Assembly: GCA_054661495.1 (NCBI GenBank)
Contig: BAAFSQ010000165.1
Coordinates: forward strand, 1 to 22,336
Direction: 5' to 3'
From: Zygophlyctis sp. KS116
Taxonomy: Eukaryota > Fungi > Chytridiomycota
DNA length: 22,336 nucleotides
Below the pieces are notes generated by a model. It was not told where the DNA came from and did no database searches. It saw only the letters and a list, made by a program, of their open reading frames with translations. The position numbers and the translations under genes are program-made. Position 1 is the stretch's first letter, and each line of letters opens with the position of its first letter. This document shows positions 1 through 11,664 of this stretch, one piece after another.

Positions 1-224
1 CCCCCACAAGGCTCTCCAGCTCCTACAACTTTAATGCAAATTCCTGGCGCATCGGCAACAAATGGATCGGTCTTGGGTAATATGCAGGTAAGGCCTGGTT
101 CGCATGGTACAGGACTGAGTGACTCTCCACCGCACTGTTGACCTAGACTTGCGATGGTTGGTAGAATTTGAGATCTAACTGTCTGAAAGATTGCAATGAT
201 AAATAAGCAGATTTGAGATTTCAT
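1..224 (-). CDS. Secreted cysteine-rich repeat protein (CBM1-/IGFBP-N-like module), 3'-partial
   Basis: ATG at 224, translated by hand: MKSQICLFIIAIFQTVRS (signal-peptide-like) QILPTIASLGQQCGGESLSPVPCEPGLTCILPKTDPFVADAPGICIKVVGAGEPCGG. A second G[QE]xCGG module starts at the window edge. Confidence 0.75.
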   Translation of the reverse strand, partial: MKSQICLFIIAIFQTVRSQILPTIASLGQQCGGESLSPVPCEPGLTCILPKTDPFVADAPGICIKVVGAGEPCG

Positions 225-378
225 TTGTTTTTTAAAGACAATGGCTGTTTGCGCATTGTTTACCACAACAATAAGTAATCGGACATTACGTCACCATTTG
301 CTCCAAATGGCCTATAAGATTTTTAAATGTAAATAAAAGTTATCAATATGATAGTTTATTCGTGAGAAATAAAATTCG

Positions 379-3300
379 TCATAATTCATTGCTAAACACA
401 TTCTTTGAGTAGCAATCCACAATGTATGAAAATAGATCAGTTGATGATTCAAGCTGTTTCTTTATATTAAAAATCTTACATTTTTCAGGAATTCAGAATG
501 GTTAGCTGATGATTGGTGCTGATCACGGATTACATCCTGCAAGATACGGCGTTCTGGGGAACAACGTGGACATTCATCTTGAGATTGTCCGAGACATCTA
601 AAGTTGAAATTCAAAATAAGTACCGTTGATGATAACTATGCTTACAAAGGAAATGAGTTGCAGGAACTTCAAGTATTTGGCGACAAAATTCACAACGACT
701 GCTTTGAAACACAACGGTCCTAAAATAAGACTAAGAAAAGAAAGTACTCGCTCGTTAAATATTGAATTTGTTTGGCCATTTCCTCAATTTCAGACTGGTA
801 TTGTTGAGTTTCCTTGAAGGACTATGTTTTCATTGATTAAATATTACTTACCTTATCAATCAGCTCTTTTTCTATGTTTATCTTTTCTATTATAAAATCT
901 TTGATCAGCCCCAAGGTAATTTCCTTGTTTGATGAAAGTAATTTTATAATTTCTAGAGGAGAAAGAAGATTCAATCTGTCCACTTCTTTAATGACAGTCA
1001 CGATTTTGCTTTCATCAATACTCGTAGAAGATATCAATAATTTGAATGCCTTGATCCATATTTTAGGATATTGAGATCTTATGATTAATATTTTCGACCT
1101 TACTCATTCGTTCTGCATGTTGCAAGAACAGTATCATAGTTTTTTTGCTGATCATAAAATTCCAAAACATCTTCATATCTTATAGTCATGATGTAAAACA
1201 ATACCTCGAATTAACTTTAAGTATATGTAAGATCCCACTGCGAAGATTGTGGCGCTTGCAGAGAATTAGCGCATGGTCGACGTCAATCCCATTCTATTAT
1301 TAAAATGCAGTACAACAATACATGTTCGGCATTCAGAAGAATAAGACATTTTTCTTCCCAAATATTACTTGTGTTCTATAGCGTATAATATTAATAAAGA
1401 TTTACATCATTATTCATTCCATAACTTTCCAAGTAAAGTTCAAATAAACAATTACATATTGCTGACCTACTAATACTTTCTTGATCTTTTTGATATTTAG
1501 ATTCAAATTCCCGATTATTATCATTGAAGCGAGTTAAGAGCACTCTTTCTAAAAATTCAATACACCAACTTCGTGAGTCCACATAAAAGGGAATAAACTC
1601 TTCAGGGTAAACTTGGGGCTCTATAGTGCAAAGAAACACTAGAATATCTGTAGATTCTTTTGGAAGATGTTTCACCAAAGTGGAACCGTACTTTTTGAAA
1701 GTTTGCACAATAGAATTTGGTTCAAGCTGAGCAATATATGATATTACTTGTACTGGATCATTTAGATCGTCAAAGAGGATATTGATGACCCAATCATGCA
1801 ATAAAGCTTTTTTCGCCAAATCCAAAGCCTGATTGAAATATCCACCAGTTTTACAAATCCGAATACCATTCTCAATATTAAATCCACCTTGTGATACGAG
1901 CTTGTTTATATTTTCTTCATCTTTTAATTTAGAATAACAGTTTAAGAGAAGACTTATGTGACTTTCTGTAGAAATTTTAGAATCGTGAAGCGCTTGTAAA
2001 TATGTTGTTAAATGTACAATATGAGAGGGATCTACATATTTTAAAATTACATAAGACGGTGAAAGATGCGTAATCGTCCGAATGTAATGATTAACAGATG
2101 ATGAGTATTCTGATTTTGAGTACTTAATTATTAAATTATTATAAAATACCAAAAAATCTGCAAAACGCTTATTAATTTCCATTATTAATTCACGAGATGC
2201 ATGATCCGTTGTTGTTTGTGGCTTCTCCTCAACATCTTTTGAATGAAAAGAATTCACACTTGCAGAAGAAACCATATTTATAGCCAAATTATACAAATTT
2301 TGTGAAAAAAGGCTGTCAAGTCTTGTCTCAAGGTCTTTTTCAACAACACGAAATACCTTTAATTAATAAGATTTCCATACCTTATTTGTCTTTGTGACTA
2401 CCAACAATTCTGACGGCCCAATTAGTACTCGAATTATTTCCTCCCCCACCATTTGCCCACATTTTTGATCAAAAGTTATTTCACCAAAAGAGGATCGATA
2501 GGCGATGAGTTTAGTTTTTAAATCATATATTGAGAGAAGAGTACCTCCCGGTAAATTTGTGCCAAATGGTAAAAGCGTCGATGTGGGAGAGACTGATGGA
2601 GCTGAAGCCATTGCCATAGGAGATTCTGAATCTAATGCAGCAACAGTTGTTACAACTACCAGATATGACCTGTACCACGACACAATAGTTTTCTCTCCAC
2701 TTATAATAAAACAAGGACCTCTCCCCTCCTTCCCATAAAAATACAATGCTTCTCTTCTTGCCAAAACCATTTCCGGTGGATAATTATCCGGAGTTAACAA
2801 TGAATTTCCAATTTCGCAACCAACCCCATCATCAAGAACTTTTGGAATTTCTTTTCCTGAAACTAAAAAAACCACAGAAATCCTATTGTATGATACAATA
2901 TATAAAAATGGACTTGATTCGGAGTTGACTATTGCGAGTCCAGTTATCGGCGTAGATTCCTCATAAATGACAGAGATTTTGTCCTGCTTGCTGCTTTTAT
3001 CACCTTTAAGGAGTAAAACAACACCGTTTTCTAGGCCGATTGTGATCAAATTCAATTTTTCCACGATTGCAATAGCAGTTACAGGAAATATCTTTGATCC
3101 TTGTTGTACATTGATACTTTTGATCATGGTTGGTGCATTATTGGAAATCTTTTCTAAATCCCAAATCTTAAGGATGGGAAGTCCAGTTGATACATCATCG
3201 ATACCAATTGTAGCAAGTCGATCGCCTTGAATTATATGAGTTACTCGACCATTATACGCTTGCCAAGACAACACTTTACTCCAAGATTGATCAGCTTGAA

Positions 3301-3430
3301 CAATACACCCATCCTTTGTACCAAAGAATAGACCAAACGGTGCAGAGCATGATATTGAATACTGCTTCATCCAGCCTTCATCCACAGGTGCAGATTCGAA
3401 GAAATCCAATGTTCTCCATTGTAATGACAT
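379..3430 (-). CDS. VPS11: Vacuolar protein sorting 11 (CORVET/HOPS core subunit), about 926 aa, 11 exons
   Basis: N-terminus MSLQWRTLDFF, beta-propeller, clathrin-repeat region (HYIRTITHLSPSYVILKY...LTTYLQALH...LLLNCYSKLKD) and RING-H2 CEFC...HFLCKHSYHQRC...CPRC. Introns 2357-2380, 2123-2149, 1376-1405, 1294-1321, 1179-1204, 1078-1103, 822-851, 720-747, 598-623, 454-479 give one continuous frame to TGA at 379-381. Confidence 0.95.
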
Positions 3431-3696
3431 TTGAACACCTTAACCGACTGGCTGCTCACCAATGCCGATTCAATCATAAAGATAACTTAATTATTATACT
3501 TAATAATCGTATTCCATAATTGTTGTATTAGACGCACAGATCATGTGCCAGGTTATGATGTAGTATCATGCATTGACGAAGACGATGACGAAGCAAGGTT
3601 TGCATTGTTTAACAATTTCTGTTTTGGATAATTAATCACAGAGTTATTCTTTTTAACTGCATTATCCTTAAACTATTATTACTATAATAATCCAAG

Positions 3697-3753
3697 GTAA
3701 ATTGTTTGGTGGAAGCTATTGGCGCCACTAGTTATTTTTAGCTAATCAAATAG
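3697..3753 (+). other. Predicted 5'-UTR intron (57 nt) of the JSN1-like gene with internal hairpin
   Basis: AAG|GTAAAT donor, GCTAAT branch at 3741-3746, TAG acceptor. Stem 3706-3712 pairs with 3725-3731. Confidence 0.6.
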
Positions 3754-3795
3754 TTATACTTATCCTATTATTTATTTGATACAACAACTACTAAT

Positions 3796-3928
3796 GTAAG
3801 CCATTATCAGGTTCTGGGAAGACTGATCAGCTATAATCTATAAGGCTAAAAAGGATTAGATCTAAAGCCTCAAGATAATCTGACGTCTTCCCATGATCTG
3901 TCAAAGTTTGTGAATACTAACATTGTAG
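3796..3928 (+). other. Predicted 5'-UTR intron (133 nt) of the JSN1-like gene with long internal hairpin
   Basis: GTAAGC donor, perfect TACTAAC branch at 3915-3921, TAG acceptor 6 nt upstream of ATG 3935. Inverted repeat TGGGAAGAC (3815-3823) / GTCTTCCCA (3885-3893). Confidence 0.65.
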
Positions 3929-3934
3929 ATAATC

Positions 3935-6548
3935 ATGAAGAACTTTGCTAATGACGCAAGTAGTCCCTCTCAACTTAAAGACAGTAAAGAACCTGCAAGT
4001 AGAGGTTTACAGCTTTATAAAGATCCAAACAATGCTCCTCCAACTGAAGCGACATCAATGATGTCTCCAATTGGAGGGAATCCTCTTCTCTTTGATTCTC
4101 TTTCACTCTCTTCTGGTCTGAAAACTGGTAATGTTCGTCATTCTCGGACTCGGACAGAAACTTTTTCTCATTCAAGACCTTTTGCTTTAACAAATGATGT
4201 TCCATTGGCTCAAACTACCTCTGTAGATGTTCCTGCTCAGCGCAGATCAACATTATCTGGATTGGAAATAAGTATGAATCGAACAACATCACTAGATATC
4301 AATACTAAAGGTCTTTTGGATGCATTTGGCCCCCCATTATTTACAGCTGGATGGGATAATTTTACTTCTTCTAATCAATCGCCTTTAAGTGGTCTAATTT
4401 CTCCAAATGTAGCAGCAATACAAGCAGCCGCACCTGCGCCTGCTTCAGCTGTGGAGACAGTTGTCAGTGCAATCGATTTTTTAGACATGGACGGTCCCAG
4501 CTCTTTCCAATTTATGGAAGATCCTTTCAATCCTTTTTCTTCAGGTACTATGCCCTCGGATACGTCAAGGCCTCCAACAGCGCAATCTAGACTACGTTCT
4601 TATTCTTCTGCTTTTGTTCCTCCACACAAGCCCATGATTACCACCCGCCATCGATCTATCTCAATTCCTGAAAAAGAAATGAAAGCTGAATTTAAGGACC
4701 TTGATTTGTCGGCTCGTGATGTAAGATATTAAATTCAAGCTAATTACTAGACAACCGGAGAATCGGGCTCAAAATCTACCACCGCCGAAACCTCGCCAAA
4801 CTCCGACTCTTCTCCTAGTCGCTCTTTATGGGTCGGTAATTTGGATTCCAATATTCCTCAAAATGAAATATTATCCTTATTTGTGCCTTTTGGACCTATC
4901 GATTCTCTTCGAATGATTCCAGAGCGAGAATGCGCATTCATAAACTTTTTATCTATTGAAGATGCTTCCAAAGCTAAATCAGCATTAAATGGAACTCATT
5001 TGGGTAATTGCATCATTAAAGTAGCATATGGAAAAGCAGATTTATCTGTTGATGCTATTTCTACTCATTCTTCTAAATCTCTATGTATAATTTTTTCTTG
5101 TAAAAATGTAGGGATTGGAAATATTCCTGCCACTCTAGAGCCAGCAGATCTAGAGAATATTTTTGGATTCTATGGGCCTATTGAATCGGCCCGTGTTTTG
5201 TCTCACAAGAATTGTGGATTTATAAACTTTGTTCATTTAGAAGATGCTGTAGAGGCACGCAAACAGATGAATGGAAAAGAAATCAGTGGTGCAAATGTTA
5301 AAATTGGATTTGCTAAAGTTCCAAATGGCAATATATCTACTTCTGGAATAGAGCCACTAGGTAATGAATGGGTAGCAGATATTAACTCAGCGATGATGAA
5401 TAAATCGTTGTCAGCTACTGGTTGGCCTTCACTTTTAAAAAGCTCACCGGCCCCAAACATGGAAATCCAGACTCTATCTTTTGGAAATTCTATTTATGCA
5501 TCATCTATTCCGGGCCTACCACACTCTGATAGCTGTTTAGATAACAACGTAATGCGTGATTTTAGAAAGCGACTGGAAAGTACCACTATAACACCAGAAC
5601 AAGTTACAGAAATATTCAACTCTGTCATTTATGATGCTACATCAGTCTCTTCTGGTAATAACTATTTATTTATAACCTAGATTATATTGGAAACGTGGTC
5701 ATACAGAAAATAATTGAAAAGGGAACTGATGATCAGCGCCTTCAGATTATCCGCAGAATTGCGCCTTACATGGCCTCTATAGGCATTCACAAGAATGGAA
5801 CTTGGGCTATCCAGAAAATCTTGGGTAAACCTTTTTTTAATTTATATTAGATACCGTGAAACTCCCTGCACAAATCCAAGAAATAGTTGAAGCACTTACC
5901 CCTTACACAGCAGCATTACTTCTTGACCAGTATGGAAATTATGTAGTTCAATGCTGTTTGAGATTTGGAAATCAAAATCAATTTATTTTTGATGCAATTG
6001 CATCTAATATGCTTAAAATTGGATTAGCAAGATTTGGCTCAAGATCTACAAGAACCTGTCTTGAATCTCAACATACAAATAAAATGCAACAAAAACTTGT
6101 TGCAACCTCTATTGTCAAGCATTGTTTTGAATTATCTTGTGATCAGAATGGTGCTTTACTCATATCTTGGTTACTAGACACTTATTATGAACCAGGAAAA
6201 TATAGTGAAATTGCATCTGTTTTTAAACGTAATTTGGTTAATGCCTGTACTCACAAGATTGCATCTGCAGTTATCTTAAAAATATGTACTCAAAGGTTTG
6301 AACCCGAAGCTCGTGAAACACTCTTGAATGATATTTTCTCTTCTAAACTAGTATCAATTTTAGCTGATCCTGTGAATGGAACATCTTTAATTCGCAAGAT
6401 CCTTACAAACGCTTCTAAAGATCAACCAAATTTGATAAATCAAATCTCAAAATTGATTACACGGTCTGATATCTTGAAATATCAAAATATCAATCGCTTC
6501 TTGGACGAATTCTCAATTTCTATAGTGCAAGAAAACGTTAGTCGCTGA
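3935..6548 (+). CDS. JSN1: Jsn1/Puf1-Puf2-type RNA-binding protein (2 RRM + Pumilio repeats), about 834 aa
   Basis: Two RRMs (SRSLWVGNL...ECAFINF; SKSLWIGNI...IESARVLSHKNCGFINF) and Pumilio repeats (DYIGNVVIQK, HKNGTWAIQK, DQYGNYVVQCCL). Introns 4721-4750, 5085-5111, 5655-5680, 5825-5850. Confidence 0.9.
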
Positions 6549-6744
6549 ATTTGAATTTATTCCAAATTTTTAAATTTTGAGACAAGTCTGAGGATATATT
6601 GTCCAGTCTCTTTAGTCCGACATGATATTTACTAGATTTTTGAACCTCTTGTAATTCAACCAATACTTCCTGCTGAGTTTTCATGGTAGACACTATTGCC
6701 AAATCTATTTCTTGAAGTTTGTTTCCTAAAATGTCTGAAAGCAT
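6538..6744 (-). CDS. Small coiled-coil protein, possibly Snapin/Pallidin (BLOC-1)-like
   Basis: 68-aa ATG ORF fills the JSN1-NEMF gap. The pattern L..KLQEID.AI....TQQEV..EL resembles the Snapin N-terminal helix by eye only. The 3' end is uncertain (possible GTA mini-intron near 6608-6632). Confidence 0.35.
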   Translation of the reverse strand: MLSDILGNKLQEIDLAIVSTMKTQQEVLVELQEVQKSSKYHVGLKRLDNISSDLSQNLKIWNKFKFSD

Positions 6745-6821
6745 TAAATTCTTTGACCGCTTAGTGGCAAGGTTGTTAAGTTCAATAAATCCTTTAAAAT
6801 CTTTGCGATCACATTAAAAAG

Positions 6822-9800
6822 ATGAAATCCAGAACAACATTCCTAGATATCGGCAAAGTTATACTAGAATTACAGTCACTCATCAATTGCAGGCTCGCAA
6901 ACATTTATGATTTAGGTGCTAAAACTCTATTATTCAAGTTTTCACAAGTAGAAGCAAAGGATTTTCTATTGGTTGAACCGGGGACTAGAATGCATAAAAG
7001 TGATTATTTAATTGATAAGTCGGACCCCAATGCATTTAATCTCAAACTAAGAAAATATCTTCGAACAAAACGGTTAGTTAGTATTTCTCAGTTGGGAACC
7101 GATCGTATCGTTAAATTGACTTTTGGGACTTTGGATCAATTATTTCTATTCTGTGAATTTTATTCTCAAGGAAATATCATTCTTACAGACTCTCAGTGTA
7201 AGATTATTACTCTACAAAGGATTGTACCAGATAAGCATGCACCTGGGTTGACTTATGACGAGACAGAATGTTATTCTAGAGTTGAAATGTCATTGTTAAG
7301 GCTTGAGAATATGATAAAGGATGGTTTAGATTTAAAAAAGGCTTTGCATTTAGATTATCCTATTGTTTTATTAGATTTTGTGTTTCATGGGGATTTGGCA
7401 CTAGAAAAGATTAAAGGAGAAAACAAAAAAGTTGATATTAATCAAATATTAGAGAAGTTCAAAATTGCTGATGAAATTATTAAAAAAATATTAAGTCAAG
7501 ATGGAAAAGGATATATTTTACAGAAAACACATCAAAAAACTTGTGATCAAGAGGAATTTATAGAATATTTAGATGTTCAACCGTGGAATTTTTTTACAAG
7601 TTCAAAGAATTTAGAGATTGTAGAGTACGATACGTTTAATCAGGCTCTTGATGTTTATTTTTCTAGTATAGAAGCTCAGAAATTGGAAAAGAAGGCTAGA
7701 TCTGCAAAAAATCAGGCAAATAAGAAACTAGATGCTGCAAAGAAAAGTCATGAAAATCAAGTAAAGGCGTTTGATGTAGTACAAGAAACGTCCGAAGCTT
7801 CTGCTCAGGCTATAGAATTACACTTGCAAGAGGTTGATGATTTACTAATGACTTTAAAGGGTTATTTGGGTTCTGGAATGGGTAAGCAGGATCTTTTTGA
7901 AATTTTTAGATTGGGTAGTCTTGGGAGACATGTTAAAAGAGCAAGCAAGACGAGGTAATAAAAAGGCGAAAATGGTTGTTGGTTTAAAATTGGATATTTC
8001 AATGGTTACTATCCAGTTACCGAATCCTTTTGATTCAGAAGAAGAATCTGACTCTTCTTCTGATTCTGAAACTGATGAATCTGATTCTTCTTCTACAGCT
8101 TTAAAGACTGTGAAACGCAAAAGAAACCCACCGCTTAAGATTGATTTGGATATTTACTCTTCTGCATATGCCAATGCACGCAGATACTATGATTCAAGGA
8201 AAATTGCAGTTGTCAAGCAAGAAAAAACACTGGCAATTGCAGACAAAATGCTAAAAAATACCGAGAAAAAGATTTTGGTGGAATTGAAATCTTCGACAAA
8301 ATCAGTTCCATCTGGTATTGTAAAAATGAGAAAGCCGTTTTGGTTTGAAAAGTTTCTATGGTTCATTTCATCAGAAAATTATTTAGTAATAGGAGGAAGA
8401 GATGCAAGTCAGAATGAAGTATATTTTGATTCAATAATATTATAGCTACTGGTTAAAAGATACCTCAAAAAAGATGATGTTTATGTCCATGCAGATTTGC
8501 ATGGTGCTTCAAGCGTTATTGTAAAGAATATTGGCACTGATCCCATCCCCCCAACGACGCTTTTTCAAGCTGGTACCATGTCTGTTGTTCAATCTAAAGC
8601 ATGGGATTCAAAAATAGTTACTTCTGCATGGTGGGTCAACTCCACGCAAGTTTCCAAAACTGCCCCAACTGGTGAGTATTTAACCCAAGGATCATTCATG
8701 ATCCGTGGAAAAAAGGTACAGTAAATGAAAGAAATTAACTTTTTAGAATTGGCTACCACCTGTAAATTTAGTCTATGGATTTGGGTTGTTTTTCAGAGTA
8801 GATGAAACTTGTGTTGGGCGTCATTTCTATGAAAGACGTCCTTGGGCAAGAAATGGAGAATCGTTGGAGAATCTAGATCAACAGCTTGTTGAACAGCAAG
8901 CCGAATCAACTGATCCTGTATCCGAGGGGTATAATGCATCAATGGAAGACTTGGAAATCACCGAAAAAGAGGCAGAAGATAATATACATACCATGAATCA
9001 AGCATCATCGGCCCAAGAGGAAAATAGTAAAGCAAATTCATCAGAAAATGAAAGCGATGAGCAGTTTCCTGACACTGTGATTGAAGTAGAAAATACTGAT
9101 AAGTACAACCTTGCAGTCCTAAATGAATCTCAGACCGAATCATGTGAAGAATCTCTACTAGCAGAAGCGAAAGAAGCAAACCCTTCATCTGCCACCCGTC
9201 ATTTATCGGCAAAACAAAGAAGAGACTTGAAGAAAAACGGAGAGATTATTCAAAACTCACGGGGATCAGTTGCTTCCTCTGAAAAATCATCCAGGACTGA
9301 TGAATCTGCTCCTACATTAAAACCTCTTCCTCGTGGAAAGAAAGGCAAAATCAAAAAAATGAAGGAAAAATATGGGGAGCAGGATGAGGAAGATCGGGAG
9401 CTAATTACTAAGTTTCTTGGAGCCGCCCAAGGACCTCAGCCAAAAGGAAAGAAAGCCAAAGCTCAAGCTGCTCGTAAAGCCAGATTAGAAGAGCTTCAAA
9501 AGGAGAGGGAAAAGCAGAAATCCGAAGTTGAACGCCAAAAGCCTCAAATGCCAACAAAAGATGATTCTCAAGAAATACAAAAAATTTTACAGGAGGAAAA
9601 TATTGCTCTCCCAGATGATGATCAGGTTGGTGATCTTACATATTTAGACTCTCTTACTGGACAGCCTCACCCTGAGGATATTTTATTATTCGCCATACCT
9701 GTTTGTGCTCCTTGGAATGCTTTACAGAAATTTAAGTATAAGGTCAAGTTAACTCCCGGGAGTTTGAAAAAGGGTAAAGCTGCTAAATCAGCCCTATCAA

Positions 9801-9934
9801 GCTTTATTGCTCTGGGATCTGGAACTGATGGTAGAGATAAAGAGCTAGAATTAATCAAATCTATTCAAGAAAATGAGCTTATTATGCAAATACTAGCAAA
9901 GGTCAAGATATCAGGTGAAAAAATAAGGAAATGA
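6822..9934 (+). CDS. NEMF: Ribosome quality control subunit NEMF/Rqc2/Tae2, about 1008 aa
   Basis: NFACT-N ([43 protein letters not shown]), NFACT-R ([69 protein letters not shown]) and NFACT-C ([17 protein letters not shown]). Introns 7882-7909, 8419-8445, 8716-8746. Confidence 0.95.
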
Positions 9935-9972
9935 AAGCAAATATCGCGCTTTCACCTGCGTCACTTTTCAGT

Positions 9973-11659
9973 ATGTCGTGTCAATTTGATAAGAAGACAT
10001 TGGAGCTTTTTGCAGAGTATGCAGACAAGCACGGAATATATGATAAGCTTAATTATATTTTGAATCGTGTTCTCTTGGCTAAGCCTGCTGATCCAGTTCA
10101 GTTTATGATTGATTTGTTACAGCGTCCACCAAGTACGAACTGATTTGCTAACTCCTAGCATGCGCGATCACATTCATCGGACCTCCTTCCAGCGGGCAGT
10201 CGACGATTGTAAGCATTGGTTTTTAAGCCTAGTGTGATAATGTTGCTCGTATATTTGATGCAGTCCATATAAAGGTCGGACAGCTTTTACGCGTTTCCAT
10301 CGATAAGCAGACTGCGATTGGGCTGCAAGCTAAATCATTTGTTGAAAAGGGGCAGTTAGTTCCAGATAATATCATAAATAATCTTGTCTTTTCACGATTA
10401 AAGGAGCCAGATGTACTGGAAAAAGGATATGTCTTGGAAGGATATCCAAGAAATCGACAGCAGGTTATTTCAATGCAGCAAAAGGGGATCATACCTGATC
10501 ATTCCAGTAGGATTTTAAAGTCTAACATTAGTAATTTTTGATGCGCCAGATCATGTCATTTTAGAAAGAGTTATCGGACTCAGATATGATCCCTCCACCA
10601 ATAGAGTATATCATATGAAATATGATCCTCCACCAAAAAGCAGTGCAGTGGAATCGCGATTAGTCAGGAAATCATCTGATACAGAGCAAGCAACTATGGC
10701 ACGATTGGCAATATATCGTAAAAATTTTGGCGGTATCACTGAAACATGGAAGAACAAATATAACCTTTTAAGTTATCCAGAAGGAATTCTGGGCAATGAA
10801 CAAGCTGTTTACAAGGACATATTTAATATCCTTGGGAGACGACCGGTTTCAAGAGCACCAAGGTCATATAGAATAATACTTACTGGGTTACCTGGAAGTG
10901 GAAAATCTAGAATTGCGAATATGCTTCATCAAAAATACGGATTTGTTCATGGTAGATAATTTAGCGATATTAATGTAAAAGTTTCTCCCAGAAATGTAAT
11001 TTTAGAAGAAGTCGCTGCTGAAACCAAACTAGGACAAAGTCTTGAGACATATCTTTTAGACCCAGAAAGTGGTAAAAATATTTTGGTTTAATCAAAGCGC
11101 CTGAATCACTTTTAATTGAAGCAATTTCATCAAGGCTAACAAAGGATGATTGTATTAAAAATGGATGGGTTCTTGAGGGGTTCCCAACCAACAAAGCTCA
11201 GGCAGATGCTCTTTTACAACGTGGTATTCAGCCGAATCGGTATTTATTCTTCAATATAATAATCATAGAGTATTTTGGCTTCAGGCATCAAGCGAGACAT
11301 GCAAGATTCGATTAACAGGTAGAAAATATTCTGGAAATTCCGGTCGAGTAGTTAACTTGTGCAAAATCCCTGTAGATTTAAAGAATGAAGATTTTTCAAA
11401 ATGGATTAGTCGTCCAAGAGATTCAGAAGATGTAGTTAATAATAGACTGAATGCTTGTAAAGCATTAAAGTCCGATTTAGAAAAGGTCTTTGGAATTAAA
11501 ACATCTGATTCCTCCAATGGAATCTTCTCTGAAATACCTGCTGAAGGAATTGGTGAAGAGGATGAAAATGGATTACAAACTTCTCTTTTGAAAGTTTTTG
11601 AGATTGTGGAGAGTACTCTAATTCGTGCTATTCCAGTATCCTACAAGGACGTAAAATAA
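9973..11659 (+). CDS. AK8: Adenylate kinase 8-like (N-terminal Dpy-30/RIIa-like motif + two AK domains), about 508 aa
   Basis: YADKHGIY...LAKPADPVQFMIDLL dimerisation motif. AK domain 1: GPPSSGQST, GQLVPD, GYVLEGYPR. AK domain 2: GLPGSGKS, GWVLEGFP. Introns 10133-10158, 10209-10232, 10507-10531, 10952-10981, 11072-11097, 11240-11268. An alternative in-frame ATG lies at 9931. Confidence 0.9.
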
Positions 11660-11664
11660 ATACT

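Noticed and set aside
3796-3928. TPP riboswitch or box C/D snoRNA in the 5'-UTR intron
   Set aside because: No CTGAGA / CCTGAT TPP core and no RTGATGA box C paired with the CTGA.
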